A stretch of DNA of 64,000 nt from assembly GCA_051294375.1 (NCBI GenBank), contig CM119266.1:17478087-17542086 (forward strand), given 5' to 3'. The notes under the pieces are model-generated. The model saw only the letters and a program-made list of their open reading frames with translations. It did not search any database and had not been told where the DNA came from. Origin of the DNA: Paraspadella gotoi (lineage: Eukaryota > Animalia > Chaetognatha). The position numbers were made by a program, and so were the translations under genes. Positions 59,646 to 64,000 of the stretch are shown here, in pieces; within the stretch, counting starts at the first letter, position 1; the number at the start of each line of letters is the position of its first letter.

Positions 59646-62354
59646 ATGGGAGACAACAACGTGGACCTCAGCCTGGAAGACATCATCAAGATTAACAGGC
59701 AAAACAAGAAATCCGCCAAATCAGGCGCCAGACGCGATGGCGCCGGCGGAGGTCCTAAAAAAGGTGGCGGTGGTGGTAAAACGGGTGGAAAAAGCGGCGG
59801 GGGCGTCAGAGCTCGGGGTGGGCGCGGTCGTCCCGCCCGCGGCGGAGGCGGCGGCGGCGGAGGCAGGCGCGGCGACCCATTGAGAAGAACTAGCAAAGGA
59901 GGTGTTCAAAAACTGGTGAGTTTCTAACATTTTAAAATGTATGGTTAAAATTTTCTACTTGCTTAAATAAGTTTTGCACTATTTTTCGAAAGCGCCCCAT
60001 TTCTGTTCTGATTGATTTTAAATTAGAGATCTAACTCTGATCTTTTACCAAATGCTTTGTCCCTAATCCTCAAACCCTAATCGAATCCTTAATCCCATGC
60101 CGAAATTCTCAACCCGATGTTTTTATTTTTATTTATTAATTCCGTTCACCTTTTTCTTTTTCCCTTCTCCCCTCTTTCTCTCTCCCTTCCCCTTTCTCTC
60201 CCTTCCCTCTCTCTCCCTTCCCCTTTCCTCCTCCTCCTTCCCCTTTCTCTCCCTTCCCTTTCTCTCCCTTCCCCTTTTCTTTCCCTTCCCCTTTCTCTCC
60301 CTTCCCTTTCTCTCCCTTCCCCTTCTCTCCCTTCCCTTCTCTCCCTTCCCCTTTCTCTCCCTTCCCCTTTCTCTCCCTTCCCCTTTCTCTCCCTTCCCCT
60401 CTTCTCCCTTCCCCCTTCTCCCCTTCCTCTCCTCCCCTTCTTCCCCTCTCTCTCCTTCCCTTCCTCCCTCTCTCTCCATTCCCCTTTCTTCCCCCCTCTC
60501 TCTCCATCCCTTTTTCCCCTTTCCTCCCTTCTCTCTCTCCCTTCCTCTCTCCATTCCCCTTTTCCCCTCTCTCTCCATTCCCCTTTCTCCCCCTCTCTCC
60601 TCCTTCCCCTCTCTTCCCTTCCCCCTCTCTCTCCCTCCCTCCCTCTCTCCCTTCCCCTCTCTCTCCCTTCCCCCCTCTCTCCCTTCCCCTCTCTCTCCCT
60701 TCCCCCTTCTTCTCCCCTTCCCCTCTCTCTCCCTTCCCCCTCTTCTCTCCTTCCCCCTCTCTCTCCCTTCCCTCTCTCTCCCTTCCCCTCTCTCTCCCTC
60801 TCCCCTCTCTCTCTCCCTCCCCGCCCTTCTCCCTTCTCTCTCCTTACCCCTTTCTTCCCCTCTCGGCTCCATTCCCCATCTCTCTCCCTTCCCCGTCTCC
60901 CCCTAGCCTCCCCCTCGTCCCTCCGACCTCCGTCAATCTCTTCCACAAGAAAAGAAAAAATCGACGAAACTCGTCATCACGAATCTCGAGTTGGGAGTCA
61001 CCGACTCCGACATTCAGGTATGAAAAATATTAGTTAATCATTAATATTAATTACTTAATACTACGTTCGTGATTTTATGGGTGCGAAGTTGCGAACACAT
61101 AACTATAAATTTGGCGGAATTGCACAAAAGTCACAAGTTCGACATTTTAATACTTAATTTTTTTTCTCCATTATTTAAACTGGTATTTGCCATTCTCTTC
61201 ATAGTAACAATCAAATATAATTCTAAATTATCGTCAAGTTTTGTTACGAAAAATCATAAGAGGGAAAGCATTTTTATTTTTGACTCTTGCTTCTTTAAAA
61301 CGCTTTTTGTTCTGTGAATATGAAACTTGGTTTAAAAATTTTAAAACCATTAAAATTGAAATAACATCTGCCTCTCTCTCCCCCCCCACCCCAAAAAAAG
61401 GAACTCTTCGTAGAATTCGGCGAACTGACCCGGGCCAACGTCAACTACGATCGACACGGGACTTCGCTGGGGTCAGCCGAGGTCGTCTTCGCCAAAGGGG
61501 ATGACGCCCGAAAGGCCTTCAAGCAATACAATGGAGTCCCGTTGGACGGAAGGCCAATGGACATCAAGTTCGCGGCGAGCGAGGTGAGGGGGGGAGAGGA
61601 AAAGAGGGAGGGGGGAAAGGGAGGGGGGAGGTTGGGGGGGTGGAGAGTATGAGAGAAGGGAGGAGGAGAGACAGAAAGATGGAACAAAGGAGTAAAAAGA
61701 GGGAGAGGGAGACGGGGAGAAATGGAAAAGGAGAGAGAAGAAGAAAATACGAATATTAGGTTAAGGGTTTTCTTGATTTATATATTAATGTTTGAGTTTT
61801 CTATTCTTGTTCTTTCTATCGTTTTTGTATCATTTAATGGTTATTGCCTAGCAATTATAAATATTTTTAAATAGTTTATATTTTTTAATAATTATTAGTC
61901 AATTTTCTTTTCATCTCTTCCCCTCCAGAATGACATTTTCCGCCCGCCTGCTCCTTCGACCCAATCTTCCGGTAGATTCGGCGGTAACACAGAACGCCGA
62001 CGCCGCTCCGCCCTCGGCGGCGCTCCTGCCGGCCGACGATCCAACACCGCTTCCGCTCAAGGGCGCCAACGCGGCGTTAACGGCGCCGCTGCCGGCCGAA
62101 CCCGTCGCCGGCGCGGTGCCGGAAACCCTCGATCCGGCGACCGACCCAAAGTTAGCGCTGCCGATCTCGACCGTCAGCTGGAAGACTACGCCGCCGGCGG
62201 CGACGGACAAAGCAAAACCGGCGGAGCGGCAGCAGCAACCGCGGGGAAACCCGGGCGGCGACGCGGCGGTGGAAGAGGAAAGAAGGAAGAGATCAGCGCC
62301 GCTGATTTGGACAAACAGTTGGACAACTACATCAATAGGATGGAGACGGAGTGA
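59646..62354 (+). CDS. ALYREF: ALYREF / THO complex subunit 4 (Aly/REF mRNA export adaptor), 329 aa; exons 59646-59915, 60907-61017, 61401-61583, 61929-62354
   Basis: N-terminal [21 protein letters not shown], an RGG-rich linker, [20 protein letters not shown]|ELFVEFG...[15 protein letters not shown]...[15 protein letters not shown], and C-terminal [19 protein letters not shown]. Three GT-AG introns, all phase 0. Confidence 0.97.
60147..60904 (+). repeat. ~750-bp almost pure polypyrimidine tract built of CCCTTCCCCTYTCTCT-like units, filling the 3' part of ALYREF intron 1
   Basis: Directly visible; it ends at the ccctag acceptor. Confidence 0.95.
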
Positions 62355-62514
62355 CCTACTACATCAACCGAACTATCTACATCAGGAGGGCTGAGTGACG
62401 AATTTGATAAAAACTTTTTTTCTCGTTGCTACAACTGTTATTTGTTACTGCGTCCCACCAATCTGTCTCTTTCTCTCCTCTCTCCCCCCTCTCCCATTTC
62501 AGTGTTTCTCGGCC

Positions 62515-62584
62515 TCTATCCTTCCTTCTATCCCTCCTTCTATCCCTCCTTCTATCCCTCCTTCTATCCCTCCTTCTATCCCTC
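62515..62584. repeat. 12-bp tandem repeat (TCTATCCCTCCT)n in the presumptive ALYREF 3' UTR
   Basis: About 5-6 units visible. Confidence 0.9.
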
Positions 62585-64000
62585 TTTCTTCTCCTCTCAC
62601 TTTTCCTTTCTCTCTCTCTTTCCCTCCTTCTCTCCCTTTCCTCAGTAATTCCTGATGACGTCAAGTATTCTAGTTTCAATATTCCAACTATGTATTTCGT
62701 TGTTTGTTAACATGTTGTTAATCAGATATAATCCACTTTTCTCAATGTTTCATCGACACAAAAATTTTGTTAATAAATTCTTTTTTATATACTTCATAAA
62801 TTCTTTTTAAGCCAGTTTTCATTCATTCAGGCAGTCTTAAGCTTAATTAAGTTACCTCATATTATCAAATTTATTATTTATTATTATTATTTAATGTAAT
62901 TTTCGTGATACTTCATGATAATTCCATGTCACGGTGTCACAGTAAAGGAACGATTGTAAAGATTATATGATAAAGACAACCAAAAAGTCCCCCCAAAAGA
63001 ATATTAAACATAAATTTGAAATTTCTTTTATTTCGTTCGAAAAGATTCGGAAGTTTTGAATAGGTTTATTTTTATGTCGCAGTTAAATAGTTTTTGTTTT
63101 TGTTCTTGTTTAGTCTTGTTTGTTTAATCTAATGGGCCCTTTTTTATTTTTTTTTTTGTTTCGTCTTTTTTGTCTTAATTTGTTATGACGGAAAACCCAA
63201 TCTAAATATAAACTAAAAGAAAACAAAAAAAACTATTTTTTTGAAAAGTAAAGAAATGGAAATAAAAAAATAGATTTATTGGCGAAACAAAATTCGATTG
63301 TGAAAAACGAATTGAGATTAGTTAATGGCATGGGAATCCTTTTTAAGGGGAGATATGTGACGGCATTGTTGACATCCGAACTATTTAATTAGAAGAATGT
63401 AGAATAGAGATCGAGAGAGAGCGAGAAACAAAGTGTGAGAGAGAGGGAAAGAGAGCGAGAGAGTTTGAGGCCGAAATGATTGACATAAATTAAGTTGAAA
63501 TTTGCCCGAGAATTTTTCCACAGCTGGAAAATCAAAGACTTTTAGGAAATAATCGACGACTTCAAAGAAAGAAATCGAAATTTGAGTTGATTTCTTAAAC
63601 GCAAATACTTTTCTTAACTTAAAATTTAGAGTTTAACTCATTCTTTCACTCTTTCTCTTTTTGTATCTTTTCTTTCTTACTAGTTTCTTCTCTTTCTCTC
63701 TCTTTCTTTCCTTCCCTTACTCTTTTTCTCTTTCTATCTTTCTATCCTTTTGCATTCTCTCTTTTTTACACACTCTCTTTACTTTGTGCTCTATGATGTA
63801 ATATTTATTTTCAACGTTTTTAGTTTAATTTGTTTTATACTTCACCCTCTCCCTTTTTTGCGCCTTTAGTCAAGACACTGGGATCGTCAAACATTTTTTT
63901 GTATCGACTATGTTTAAACAAGAGAGAGAGTAAGACAGAGAGAGAGGGTGGTGTTCGGCCAATATCACGTAAAGTGAATGTGTGGGTGTGTTTAGGAGGG

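Noticed and set aside
60097-61037. 247-306 aa Pro/Leu/Ser and Gly/Arg/Glu ORFs
   Set aside because: Shadows of the polypyrimidine tract in ALYREF intron 1.
61930-62394. 154-aa +1-frame ORF overlapping ALYREF exon 4 (dual coding)
   Set aside because: GC-rich Arg/Gly/Ala codons make alternative frames stop-poor; its ATG is internal to the mRNA and the product has no recognisable motif.

Overview
AT-rich, microsatellite-saturated, intron-containing eukaryotic (most likely invertebrate animal) draft scaffold with many N-gaps and several error-rich duplicated or fold-back segments that look like long-read gap fills. Nearly all ORFs in the supplied track are shadows of (GA)n, (GAAA)n or (GAC/GAT)n repeats. 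One gene is clearly recognisable: a 4-exon ALYREF/THOC4 (59646-62354, +), which has two C-terminal UAP56-binding motifs and no WxHD motif. By stitching splice sites by hand I also found a cluster of at least four diverged paralogous genes that the ORF track does not show: three on the minus strand (about 190-2570, 5957-15150 and 30227-34600) and one on the plus strand (about 45830-50004). They share ordered motifs across what appear to be two or three tandem PH/PTB-superfold domains, one with an IRS/Dok-type PTB signature. In paralogs 1 and 2 these domains are followed by a Pro/Ser-rich tail, which in paralog 1 carries YxxM and YxN motifs. Other items are a series of candidate 6-18 nt micro-exons, a three-copy acceptor-flanked segment, a Helentron/HINE-type 3' end and several minisatellites. 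Domain calls come from by-eye motif matching, not database searches, and many exon boundaries in noisy sequence are approximate.
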